DNA of 64,000 nt from NCBI RefSeq assembly GCF_038025025.1, contig NW_027117341.1:1240001-1304000 (forward strand). The letters are read 5' to 3'. Numbering within the stretch: the stretch's first letter is position 1; every line of letters starts with the position of its first letter. Source of the stretch: Phyllosticta citribraziliensis. Lineage: Eukaryota. The position numbers and the translations under genes were made by a program. The notes under the pieces were generated by a model. It was not told where the DNA came from and did no database searches. It saw only the letters and a program-made list of their open reading frames with translations. Below, piece after piece: positions 11,836-23,539 of the stretch.

Positions 11836-12944
11836 TCAGTATGCTTTGACACCAGCAAGTTGCAACAACCGATTCGTCATTTCGGGAGGCTCCAAAGGTC
11901 GGTCCCTGTTCTGCGGGTCCAGCTTGCCATCCCTGAGTGGAGGACCTTGCACGCGCAGGTTGCTGTTGAATGTGAGCTCGGGCCTCTAAAATGAATGCAA
12001 TTATCAGACAACACATACCAGTGAGGCCAGTGGGTTGTTCCTTGCCAGTCTTTGAACAGCTGCACCTTCATTTCAACGTCCTCTGCCTTGGCGAACTTTT
12101 TCGGCGTCATGCAAATGTACTGCACATGGCGAATTTGGTCGCCTTCGGGGAGGCAGGCATGGTGCATGGTTCTCGAATCCCAAAGCACCAGATCGCCCGG
12201 CGCCATGTTGATCTTGACCTGCTCACAACCGTGGTCTTTGAACCACCGGACGTCGTCCTCAGAGAAGATGAAGAGATCCTTGAAGTTCTCCTCTTCCGGC
12301 GGCTTATCCTCGTGGTCGGCTTGCTTCCGCGTCTCTTGGAAGAATTCGTTGAATAGCTTACTCGACCCTTTCATGAGAATGAGACCGCCGTCCTTGTCGC
12401 CGTTAGGAGCGTAGTTCAACAATCCCTGTACACATTGCATCCCAAGGCGTTCGGGGCTCTGGTCCGTGTGCGGCCACGGACTCCATTTCAGGTCCTTTTG
12501 GCGGGGAAGAGCGATGTTCATCCCATCAAACGATACGAGAAGCTCGTCGGTTCCCCACAGTTTCGAAAAGACGTCAATGACGCCCTGCTCACTGTGAACC
12601 CTGTCAGCAAGAATACGAGGGAGCAAATACGAGCGGCTCCGGTCAGTGACGTACGTCCTAGCCTCCCAAACGAATTTTTCATGCGTTGACGAGTAAGCAA
12701 AATACATCGAGCCTTTGAAGTTGACGGGCAGATGTTCTTGTGTCCAGGTGCTTTCGTCGTTGGGATCGAAGCCGCGGCCGAAAGACTGCAGCCACTCGAT
12801 CTGCTTTTGGCGATAGTAGGCCGCGCGCTCGGGGCTGATGACGTTTTTGACAACGGCACAGCCATTCTTGTGGAATTCGTCTCTCCAGTCCCCGTAGACG
12901 GTTCCGTCGTGGGTGAAGAGGTCTTTGAACTCAAGGCTGCCCAT
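11836..12944 (-). CDS. Phytanoyl-CoA dioxygenase-like (PhyH) Fe(II)/2-oxoglutarate oxygenase #1, 2 introns
   Basis: ATG 12944 MGSLEFKD; YGDWRDEFHKNG; LLVSFDG; WPHTDQ (HxD); GDLVLWDSRTMH (distal His); TTHWPH. Last exon CNLRVQG..AGVKAY* follows a GTATGT intron. Confidence 0.9.
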
Positions 12945-13398
12945 TTTTGCGTATTGGATTGAACGAAGGAGCCGACTTTTCTGGTTTGTCGAAGCTTCAA
13001 TCGCAATGCTGATTTTATAATACCCTGAGGCGAGTGTCTGAAGACGACAAGCATTCAGGAGCGGGACTGTGGGCATCGTGAGCGCGAGAGATGCGGTGGC
13101 GCTTCTCGCTACTCCGCATCTCGACGCACGTGGCTGCTCGCCACGGCAGTCGCGACGCCCACAATTCCAGCGGGTCATCCCGCCCCCACACAGCTTCCAG
13201 ACTCTGGGGAACTGTGGACAACATGAGACCCTCAGTCCCGTCGACGGGCGATCCGTTAAGTAGCGAAACGGAAAGTGAGGGCGCAGCGATTTCGAATTTC
13301 CAACCCACTGGTCAATCGCCTCCACTCTGACCAGCCAAAGCACGAGGAGGTCAAGCTCTTACGTCCCCAAGATCTCGACCAGAAAGACCCAAGCCACG

Positions 13399-15174
13399 AT
13401 GCCTGTTCCCGTTCAGGTGGCGTACAAGCCAATTGATCAGCCGACGATCGGCGTCAACAACTACCAAGGCTTCAACCCTGGCAAGAGTGAGGTCCTCCCT
13501 AAGGGCTGGAACGGTTACGACGCGCGGCCACTGGAGAGCGACATCAGGATTGACCGGGACGTCGAAATCGTCGTCCGCGATGGCTGTCGCTTGTACGTCG
13601 ACGTGTACCGGCCCGCTGACGCCCAGGCCAAAGTGCCGGCCATTCTTGGCTGGTCGTGCTATGGCAAGGCCTACAGCGCCTTGAGCATGTTGCCAATGAC
13701 GGTGTGGCACTGCTGTGTCAAGCGCGAAGAGCTCAGTGGTCTTGAAAAATTCGAAGGATTGGACCCATTGCGGTGGTGTCCGAAAGGGTACGCCATTGTC
13801 AGCGTCGACACGCGCGGAACCGGCAACAGCGATGGACAGATCCCGGTGATGGGCAGTCAAGACGGAGAAGATGGCTATGACGTTGTTGAAGCGATTGCAA
13901 AGATGGACTGGTGCAATGGCAGCGTCGGGATGGCCGGTAACTCCGCCCTCGCGATCTCTCAGTGGTTCACGGCCGCGCTGAATCCTCCCTCGCTCAAGGC
14001 CATAGCACCTTGGGAGGGAGCGGGTGACCTGTTTCGGGAACAGTTTTGCCGCGGCGGCGTTTTCTCTATGAGCAACTTTGACCTCATCACCAAGGAAATC
14101 ATCAAGGGCAACTCAGGGGTCGAGGATTTTGCAGAAATGTACCGCCGCTCGCCGACCGCAAATGCTTACTGGAACGACAAGCGCGTTGCCATGAAGAATA
14201 TCAAATGCCCTGCTTTCATTCTCGGCTCCGATGTGTCATCGCTGCACACGATGGGCTCCATCCGCGCCTGGTTGGAAACACCTCACGAGAAGAAGTGGAT
14301 TAAGTGGGGCAGCAAGCAAGAGTGGTTTGAGCTCTACTCTGTCCCGCACTCAAACGAGGAGCTTGCTATGTTCTTCGACCGATATCTCAAGGGCGAGGAG
14401 AACGACTGGGAGAAGACGCCGCGGGTGCAGTGGTCGGTACTACAATTCGGCGACAGACCCGCCATCGAAGACATCGTCTTGGAAGACTACCCGGTACCAA
14501 ACACGGAATACAGGGAATTTTTCCTCGCAGATGGCAAGCTTCAACAAGAACCCCCGACAAACGAGTCCGTCCAGCAGTACGACTCGGAGAAGTTTGGCAG
14601 CATCGCAGACTTCGACTTTACCTTTACAGAAAAGACGCGTTTGCTTGGCCTCCCCAAGGCGATCCTCTACATGTCATGCAAAGAGAAGGACGACCTCTGC
14701 GTCTTCGTGATCATCCGCAAGAAAGATCGCAATGGCAAGACGCTTATGCACCTCAACTTTCCGGTCGAAGCAACGCCAGTGAACTGCATCGACGAAATCC
14801 CCGAAAAGCAGCGCGCGAGTCTCAACCTCCACCAAGGGAGCGTGGGGATCCTTCGAGCTTCACAACGCGCCATTGACGAGTCGAAGAGCATTCATCCGCA
14901 ATTCCCCTTCCACCCGCACGAGAAGCAAGAGAAGATCCCGCCGGGCGAGATTGTGAGGCTGGAAATCGGCATTTGGAACGTCAGCATCGACTTTGATGCT
15001 GGCGAGTCGGTCAGTGTGCAGGTTGGTGGCCAGTTTCCGAGTATTGCTGAGTACAAGTCGTATTCTGCGCCGCGTCCGGAGCATGAGAGGAATAAAGGGT
15101 TTCATTTGATTCACTCTGGCCCTGAGCATCCGAGCAGTGTTATTCTCCCGGTCGTTCCAGTTTCTTCTGGATAG
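13399..15174 (+). CDS. CocE/NonD-family (peptidase S15-like) alpha/beta serine hydrolase
   Basis: 591-aa intronless ORF. RDGCRLYVDVYRP, DTRGTGNSDG, DGYDVVEAIAKMDWCNGSVGMAGNSALAISQW (nucleophile elbow), LKAIAPWEG, PepX_C-like C-terminus. Confidence 0.92.
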   Translation: MPVPVQVAYKPIDQPTIGVNNYQGFNPGKSEVLPKGWNGYDARPLESDIRIDRDVEIVVRDGCRLYVDVYRPADAQAKVPAILGWSCYGKAYSALSMLPMTVWHCCVKREELSGLEKFEGLDPLRWCPKGYAIVSVDTRGTGNSDGQIPVMGSQDGEDGYDVVEAIAKMDWCNGSVGMAGNSALAISQWFTAALNPPSLKAIAPWEGAGDLFREQFCRGGVFSMSNFDLITKEIIKGNSGVEDFAEMYRRSPTANAYWNDKRVAMKNIKCPAFILGSDVSSLHTMGSIRAWLETPHEKKWIKWGSKQEWFELYSVPHSNEELAMFFDRYLKGEENDWEKTPRVQWSVLQFGDRPAIEDIVLEDYPVPNTEYREFFLADGKLQQEPPTNESVQQYDSEKFGSIADFDFTFTEKTRLLGLPKAILYMSCKEKDDLCVFVIIRKKDRNGKTLMHLNFPVEATPVNCIDEIPEKQRASLNLHQGSVGILRASQRAIDESKSIHPQFPFHPHEKQEKIPPGEIVRLEIGIWNVSIDFDAGESVSVQVGGQFPSIAEYKSYSAPRPEHERNKGFHLIHSGPEHPSSVILPVVPVSSG

Positions 15175-15880
15175 GATCTAGAACCTCAAGAACCAGTGTT
15201 TCCTAGCCTATTATACAGTGACATCTATATTCTTCTTGCTCTTTGGACCTCTAGATGCTTAAACTCTCATTGAGGAACCTGAAAGCCCCTCATTTTTCAG
15301 ATCCCCAGGTGCTCGGATACTTCGAACACTCGTCACGTTACAGGGCAAGTGAATCTTTCACCCTTTTGCAACGCAACTTTTAACAAAATCATCTGGAAGA
15401 AGCTCTGGAGGATTTCATCCTCTTAATTGCACTTCTACGGCGGCAGTTGAATTGGACCAATGGAATGACTGCACATTTTCTCCGCATCTTGCGAATATAT
15501 AGAACCTGAATGGAGCCGGCCGAGAGCTGCCACATTTGGGTGTGGAGAAGAGACTACCCGAAGTGGCTAATCAATTCACGGGTGCGAAGCCACCTTACTC
15601 GCAGCAAGCCAATGCCTCCGCTGCCCACAAATCCTCCCCACACATCCGTCCAGCCACCCGCAAATCAGATGACTGGCAATACCCACAACAATTTTCATCA
15701 GGCCGTATCGAAGTGGAAGCGTGGGCGCTCACTGCACAAGAGACTCCGGCGGGATGTTGGCATTCGTTACTGTACAGATATATTCAACCATCGCACATCC
15801 GTCGACGGCATTTCCAGGCCCATGACATTCCGACTGTGTCAATTCTCTTGCTCCACTTCTACGACTGACTGCCTTTCAAC

Positions 15881-17755
15881 ATGTCCAAACTTGAGGACGC
15901 CAAACACGGCCATGTCGAACACCGTGAAGTGGTCGACCAGCTTGGAACGCTGCAAGAGCCCGTCTCCCATATCACGGGGACGGTCAAACTTGCTGAGGAG
16001 TCGGATCTTTTTCTGATTCCTGCGCCCAGCGCAGACCCTCGCGGTTTGAATGCCCACGGACGTGCATCCCCTCTGTAATCAAGCCTGATGTCGAACAGAT
16101 CCTTTGAATATGTCCAAGTGGCAGAAGATGACTTTCATCACCCTGGTGTCAGTTTGTACGTGCGCTTGAATACTCTTGAAGGTCCCACAAAGACAAAATG
16201 CTAAACCCGAAGCTCAGTCTCTTCTCTCGGCCTCAGTCTTGTCTCTGGGCTTGGAGGCCTTCTCAGTTTCTACATCCCCGCCTATACGGCTGAAGGGGCT
16301 ACCTACGCCGACATCACTGCGTTGATGACGTACCCCTCGATGTTCATGGGCATTGGAAACATCATCTCTATGCCACTGGCGCTCGCAGTTGGTCGTCGCC
16401 CAGTATTCCTCGCATCGACACTGCTTCTCGTTGTGTCTGCGATTCTGTGCGGATACGCAAACACATATCAGTACCATTATGCTGCTCGCTTAGTCCTTGG
16501 TCTGGCGGCTGGTCAAAGCGAAGCCTTGGTCCCTTTGATGGTTCAGGTGATTCTCCTTGTCTCAATCACACTGAAGCTGGCATTGACGACAAGCGCAGGA
16601 AATTCACTTCCTGCATGAGCGTAGCCACATGCTCATGATACAGTCTGCATCACAAACGATTCTGAGCGCAGTATTGGTTTTGTGCGCTTCTCCAATCGCT
16701 GGGGCCATCACTCCTAGATACTGGTACGTCCTTGGAGGAGGGATTGCGGCCGTTCAGGGGATTCTGTCAATATTCTTCGTCCCCGAATCGCGATACTCGC
16801 GTCCGCTATCCGCCTACCAAGGCGAGTCGAGCGGCATCCAATACGGATCTGGAACTACGGACGCCACTGGCAAGGCAGCATGGACTCCAGTGACGAGGTC
16901 GAATCGACCCGAGCTAGACTTTGTCAACTTTGAGCCTCGGACGGTCCTTTCTGACATGAGACTTTTTGTGGGCAAGGCAGATTGGATGGAGGCTTGGTAT
17001 ACGTTGAAGGTCATCAACTTTGATCCCATATTAAAGCATCTGCTGACTTTTCGCAGAGCATGGTTCAGGTGCTGTTCTTTCCAAACGTCTTCTGGGCTTT
17101 TTGTCTGAATGGACTCACGATAGGCGTCAACGTGGCCATCGGAACAACTTATGGCGCCATTATTGAAGCACCTCCGTACAACTGGTCTGCTTCATCGGCC
17201 AGTTACGTCAACGCCGGTCAAATTGTCACAGCTCTCGTCGCTCTGCCACTTCTGGGAACAGGCTCGGACAAGATCATCAAATGGCGAGCAAAGAAGAATG
17301 ACGGAATTCATGAGCCGGAGAACCGCCTCTTACCCCTGATCGTGCCTATCATGGTCGGCATCATCGCTGCTGTTCTTCACGGAGAAGCTTGTCAACACCC
17401 AGGAGACTACCACTGGTTCGCCCTCGTCTTCGCCAACGCCGGGTACTACTTTTGCTTTGTAGGAGCAAACATCGCAGCAATAACTTACTTACTCGATTCG
17501 TACCCAGCGCGTGGTGGACCAATGTTGGTGGTAATCTGCGCACTGAGAGGGTTTGTTAGCTTCGGCGTTAGCTTCGGTGTCGCTGATTTCATTGAGAGAT
17601 CTGGGTATGACGGTTCGTTCGGCACGTACGCCGGCTTGACTGGTCTCTTTGGTTTGCTCGGAATTGCGGTCTTTTTCACTGGAAAGCGCATTCGTGCCTT
17701 TACTGGCAGATGGACGAGGAGCCACGATCCCACAAAGCCTACGATGACGCATTGA
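15881..17755 (+). CDS. MFS transporter (DHA1/Hol1-like), 4 introns
   Basis: IPAPSADPRDPLNMSKWQK, VGRRPVF, EIHFLHER, FFVPES, HEPENRL, YLLDSYP motifs and about 12 hydrophobic segments across spliced exons. Confidence 0.9.
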
Positions 17756-18206
17756 GGGGCTTTGACGCTGAAATGGGGCCGAGGGAGCGTATGTCACAGG
17801 CTACGGGATGTGGACGTGGACCCGCAACGAAGCTTTCCGTATGGAGACTCGTAAATGATGGACAGAGAAATAAATCCTACGTTGCCAATCAACTTGCCAA
17901 TATCAAGTGTCATCCACCACCTCTCCGGGGCAATTCTCTCGCCATTGCCACCCAGTCCACGCCTAAGATGCTCATATGCGTGTCCAACCCCTTCTCGCCC
18001 GACAAGTCAAAGTGGAGCATTTACAAATGGCCTCGGCGGAACACCCAAGCGAGCAACCAACCACTTACATCGTATCCTGCTTACATTTACCCCGCATTTC
18101 CACGGAGCCTTGGAGAGAGCCAAAAATTAAGCATCCCCACACCCCACATCTTTAAGTCCCCCGCAGTCCCCGTTTCCAGGAAGCACTCGCGAGCGGCTCA
18201 ACACAC

Positions 18207-21200
18207 ATGCATTTCTGTCCGTACTGCAATCGGTCCTATGAGCGCGCAGACCATCTCAGCAGACATGTGACTTCACGTAGGTCCTGAATGGCCTCGTTTG
18301 TCGTCCAGACCAATCAGTTGACAAAGTCTGTTCAGACCAGAATTCGAGGATATTCAAGTGCTCGGAGTGCTCAAAAGGATTCAACCGGAGGTTTGTCAGA
18401 TATCCCCGACTAGATATGGAAATGGACGTTGACCTTGACTCCTGAAGGGATATTTTGAGGCGGCATGAAGCGGCGCACGAGCGGAATGAAATTGAGGGAA
18501 AACCGGAGTCAAAACGACGAGTCGGTCGAGCTACCAGAGCCTGCGAGGCGTGTGCGCAGTCAAAAAGCAAATGTGACGAAAGCAGACCGTGCAAGGTACG
18601 TTTGCTCCCCGGAGTAAGGAGGTGGTATACAACGAGCATCCAAGTTCCGAACGGCTACGGGGCCAAAGGTAATTCACACAACTCAATGTGACGGAAGTGG
18701 GGATCATGAGAGCAGCTGTGTTTTGTCTTGCTGCAAACCAAACTTTTGATATTGCTGGAGTTTGACCAACGTGGACTGACTTTGCAGCGTTGCAAAACGC
18801 ACTCCGAAGCTTGCGTAGACAGGCCTCCCGCATCGATGCGACCACGCAAAGAATCTACTGTAAGAAATCGCCTGTCCAGCATTGCGTCAACGAGTGCTAC
18901 TGCAGAGAGATGCGACAGTGTCGCGGACTTTGTTGACCAGCCGACATCGAGCGGCAGTGATCCCACTGCTTTGATCGCAGAAACCGACTTCGCAGCAATT
19001 AGCGGCAGCTTAGTCGACGGCATCGAGAATCTGCGAGATCCAACAGAATCAAGCGGCTCGACGAGTATGGCGCCGGAGTTTGACTTGACGCAAAGTTTGC
19101 CTTCGGTGCAGGTCCCGTATGACCTGCTGGATTTCATGAACCAGTCGGACTACTTGATCGAGAACGTCGATATACTGGATTTTGATCTCGGGCTTGATAA
19201 CCCTCCGCTATTTGATACGTCGGACCCAAGAGATGTTGCAGACCCGAATGCAGGAGAAACTCAGGAGTCGAGCAATTCCAGATTTGAAATCTTCAAGCGG
19301 ACACCATGGTGAGTAAACTCATAGCAAACTGAAGCAGGAGCCAGCAGGTTAATTCTTCAAGGTTCTGGAACCCGTCGTCGAACCAAAGCACCTTCAGCGA
19401 GCACGTCCAGATGCCGCTTGACGAGAATGGCGTCAATGTAGCCTCATCGCCACACTGGCCCTACTCCATCGAGCTGTGTATTCAAGACAAACTTGACCAA
19501 GAAGCACGAGACCGAATCTTCCAACTGGTGACGCGGACTGTGGGGACCAAAGTCTCAATTCCTTCTTTCCCTTCTGCGCATTTCTTGGACATCCTCGTCA
19601 AAAATGGGATCGCAAAGAAAATCGAGACGGACGCTTGGATCCATCCTCACACCTTTTGCGCGAGCAAGACGCGCACCGAGCTTCTTATAGCTCTGGTTGC
19701 GGCTGGTTGCGTTTGTTTTGGCATCATGTCTGTGGGCAAAACGGGCGGCATGCTACAGGAAATAACCAGAGTCGCTCTAAACAATCTGGTGTGTTTGGAC
19801 ACGAAGCCTACTCAATGACACAACTAATTTTTGCAGGCCGAAAGCGACAACAGTGTCCTCCGCGACTTGCAGTATCTCCAGGCCTACATGATCTGGCTCG
19901 ACGTAGGAATTTTCTGCGGATACAAGAGAAAGATGGAAATCGCCGAGAGTGACTTGCAGCCTCTATGTACTGTAAGTTTAAGAAGGACTGTATCGTTGAG
20001 ACTCACTTACTCATAGACCCAAGGCTTTGCGCAAAGCTGGAGCTTTCAATGTATCGTTCTACACCAGGATCACGCCGAACGCGAACGACAGTGACGCAGT
20101 ACTAGAGCAAAAGTGGCGAGAATGGGTGAAGCAAGAGTCTTACAAACGGTCAGTGAACTCTCATGACCATTTTGGCCAAAGTTGACGGCGCATAGTCTTG
20201 TTTATCATCTCTTCCAGCACGACATTTTTGTCACCTTCGCCATGAGCCGTAACCCAATTACTTCATACTCGGAACTCTCGGTGCCGCTGCCTGCTGCTCG
20301 AAATATTTGGCTCGCAGAGTCTCCCTCATCTTGGCGGGCAGCCCATCTTGCGACGTTGCGGGGACCGGGCCCGATTCACAACTCGCTCAAGGCGCTCCTG
20401 ACAAAGCCAGACAGAATCAGTCTGTTGTCAGGTGACGCAGATCAAACTCTCTCGCTATCAATCTTTGTCGCTGGCATCGCAGCGCTAGTGTGGGATCATC
20501 GAAAGCAAGTTTCCATCACGGAAGACGGCACCGGGGAAGATGACCCTAAGACGCATCTCTGGATACAAAGTCGGCGACAAGACCTGTGAGGCCTCCGCAG
20601 TCCCATCCTCCGCTCTCTACGGACCTTGACTGTCCAACAGATACCAGATGCTGCAAAATGCGCAAGCAATTAATCCCTCACTGCCCGCCGTGCAAGCACT
20701 TTTCGTCGAATTTCTCATGATGAACCTGCACGTGTCGCTCGAAGACGTCCAGCGCTTCGCCGGCAAATTCGGCGAAGACGAAGCACAGCGCTCGCACGTC
20801 AGTCTGGAGCGGTGGAGCAAACAGCGACAGGCCCGGACGGCCATTTGGCATGCAGGCCAGACGCTGCGCGCCGCGCGCAATGTGCCGCCGTACCAGCTCC
20901 GCGGTTTTGACTCCATAGCCACGTACTACGCGACGCTGACCATTTGGACCTATGGTGTTCTGCACTGCAACTCTAGGAAGCGGCAAAGCCTTTTGTCAGA
21001 CACCACCGCCACCATCGCGCCCGACGATGACGCCTTCGACAATGGTGGGTGCTCCTCGATGCAAATGCTGGATCACCCGCCGCCTGAGATCCATCTGGAC
21101 GGCCCAAGTAGCCAAGATACCATCGCTTTTGTTGCGTACAATCGCGGACGCGCCGTGTTACGATTGCTGGATCACCCTCTGGACCCGGTGGGTAAGAGTA

Positions 21201-21355
21201 ACGATATACTGGATCTACGCCAGGTGATGGCTGTCGGGATCCAGGCGCTCGAAGGGAATTACCCTGACTCGGACAAGGTTGAGGACCTGCCGCCTTTGAT
21301 TTTGAGCCTGAGGAAGTTGATGCAAGATTTGGGAAGTCTGCCGTCACAGTTGTGA
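18207..21355 (+). CDS. Transcription factor with two C2H2 fingers, a Zn(II)2Cys6 cluster and a fungal TF middle-homology domain (about 8 introns)
   Basis: ATG 18207 gives MHFCPYCNRSYERADHLSRHVTSH|QNSRIFKCSECSKGFNRRDILRRHEAAH, then RACEACAQSKSKCDESRPCK|RCKTHSEAC. Later WIHPHTF, WREWVKQESYKR, ELSVPLP, AIWHAGQ. Confidence 0.9.
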
Positions 21356-21767
21356 GTTTGGGAGCTAGTTTGATTGCCAACGCTGTGGGACGTGTCAATT
21401 TGAGAGGGGAAGGTTTCTGTCGTCAGGGGGGTGCGGAGAGAAAATATTCACATGCTTGAGAGAGCAGTTGGAACACGGAGAGTTCCACGCCCCAAGGACT
21501 GTATGATCAAGAAGCACTCGTTTCCACCACTGCGAAGGAAGAACGTACTAGATTGTACCAGGAACAGGAGTGCTGAGGCCAATTAAATGGTTGCGTGTAC
21601 TGCCAATTTTCACCAAGACTCAAGAACTCCATTGCAGGAAGTAAAATAAGTCAAATCGACATGCACTGGTACCCTCTGCATTCATTTGGAAAGAACCGAC
21701 CCTCAATCGTGTACAATCGAGTCTGCGACTACTGACTTGAACTCTCTCAAGGACTCACAACTTCCTG

Positions 21768-23196
21768 CTACTTTGCCGACGCCTGCAAGCGTTGCAGATG
21801 ATCCTTTGCACCATTGTACGAACAGTTGTAGTCCATGAACTCCAGGGAAGTCCTATCCGAACAACAAGTCAGCTCGAAAACAACTTCTTCCACAAATACT
21901 TCAACTTACAGCGTCACCTTCGACCTCCCCTCAGCACCCTGAGCTGTTGCCGGTCTAGCAGCATTACGAGAGTACTCCTGGATCAAGGAGGCGCGCTCGT
22001 AGCGACAGCAAAAGACGTTCGCAAGCCGGCGCTCCACGTCCTCTCCAGAAATTCTGGAATCGACGTCTTCGAAGAACGCGCCCAAAGCCTCGGCATCTTC
22101 GACAGACTGGCTGGCACCCTGGCCCTGAGTCGGCAGCATCGCGTGACTGGCATCGCCAATAAGCATGACGCGCCCCCTATGCCAGCGGTCCAGGGGGTCG
22201 AGGTCGCGCAGCTGCCAGAGACCAATGGCTGGCGAGTGCCGAAAGATGGACGTGACCCAGCGGGGAAAGACTTCGAAGGCCTTTTCAATTTCGTCCAGCG
22301 AGGCCTCGGTACTCCACGTCGTTGTGGAAGTGTCGACGTCGAGCGTCTTGTCGGGGACGAGCGCGACGATGGCGTAATCTTCTGTGCCTCTGCAGGGCCC
22401 CATGACCAAGCGCCGGTCGTAGCCCATCATCATGGACGTGAAGGGGTCTGCAGGATTGATTTTGCTAGCAAACTCACCGCCCTGGAGCTTCTCGATTGGT
22501 ATCATCAGTCTGTAGGCTGATACGCCAGTGGGGATGGCGTTCTGCGTGTTGCCCAAGACAAAAGTGCGGAGTTTGGAGTGGATGCCATCAGCTCCAACGA
22601 TGAGATCACCATAAACGCTGGAGCCGTCTTCCAAAAAGACGATTCCAGCATTGCAGTCGGCATCGATGACGCGCGATGAGAGGCGCAGTTCGGCCGGCTT
22701 GCCCGGCAAATCTGACGAGGTTGCTGCTGCTTTGAGCATCGAGTGCAAGTCTTGTCTGTGGTAGATGATGCGGTCCTGTCCCGATCAGGATTATTGCCCG
22801 CTTGGAAGACTGATTCGCGGTCTTACAGCGCCATATTCTCGCTTCTGCACAAGAGGGATTTCCTTGACCAAGTCTCCGTCTATCGAGTAAATGCGAAAGC
22901 CGTGGTCAACGACTTTCTTGGTGGCTGGTAGCTTGGCTCCCAAGCCCCAATTGTTCTCCAGGATCTTTGAAGCATTCGGTTGGAGTGATATGGCGGCTCC
23001 TACTTCTTTCAGTAGGCTGGATTGCTCCAGGACCTGAATATCTCTGTTCGGCCCGCGTAGAGCTACAGCCTGTTCTTTGTTGTCAACTTTTGCTTCGACG
23101 GTTTCATTCCATCGCACTTACTGCGCAAAGGCCAGCTATTCCACCCCCGACAATCACTACTCGGAACGCGCCCGACGAGGTCTTGGAATAATTCAT
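21768..23196 (-). CDS. FAD-dependent monooxygenase (salicylate hydroxylase-like, class A flavoprotein), 3 introns
   Basis: MNYSKTSSGAFRVVIVGGGIAGL (GxGxxG), LIVGADGIHS (DG motif), LIGDASHAMLPTQGQGASQSVEDA (GD motif). Last exon ..EFMDYNCSYNGAK..ASAK*. Confidence 0.92.
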
Positions 23197-23539
23197 GGTC
23201 AAGTCGCAGAATCAATGAAGAGAGGAGTGAAAAACCAAATTGGAGGAGTCAACAACACAACAAGAGGCCTAGAATCCGGAGCGTACCGGTATCATGCAAC
23301 GTGATGACAGTCCAGCTGCCTTTCCGGAAATGCGGGGGACGAAACGTGTGCCATCGGAACTGCGGGCCCTCTTGGGAAAGCGGGCAGGACCACGCGCCGC
23401 AGGCGAATCTGGGGTCCAGAGCTCCTCCAGATGACATGTGGACTGAAAGCGCCTTGATTATTTGCATATATGTAGATCCGAATGCAGAGGCTAAGTTGAA
23501 GTCAAACAAACTCGTTCGAAGCACATCGGAAAGTGCAAC

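Noticed and set aside
13399..15174. Bacterial HGT origin of the intronless CocE gene
   Set aside because: Lack of introns alone is not evidence, since several native genes here are intronless; a phylogeny would be required.
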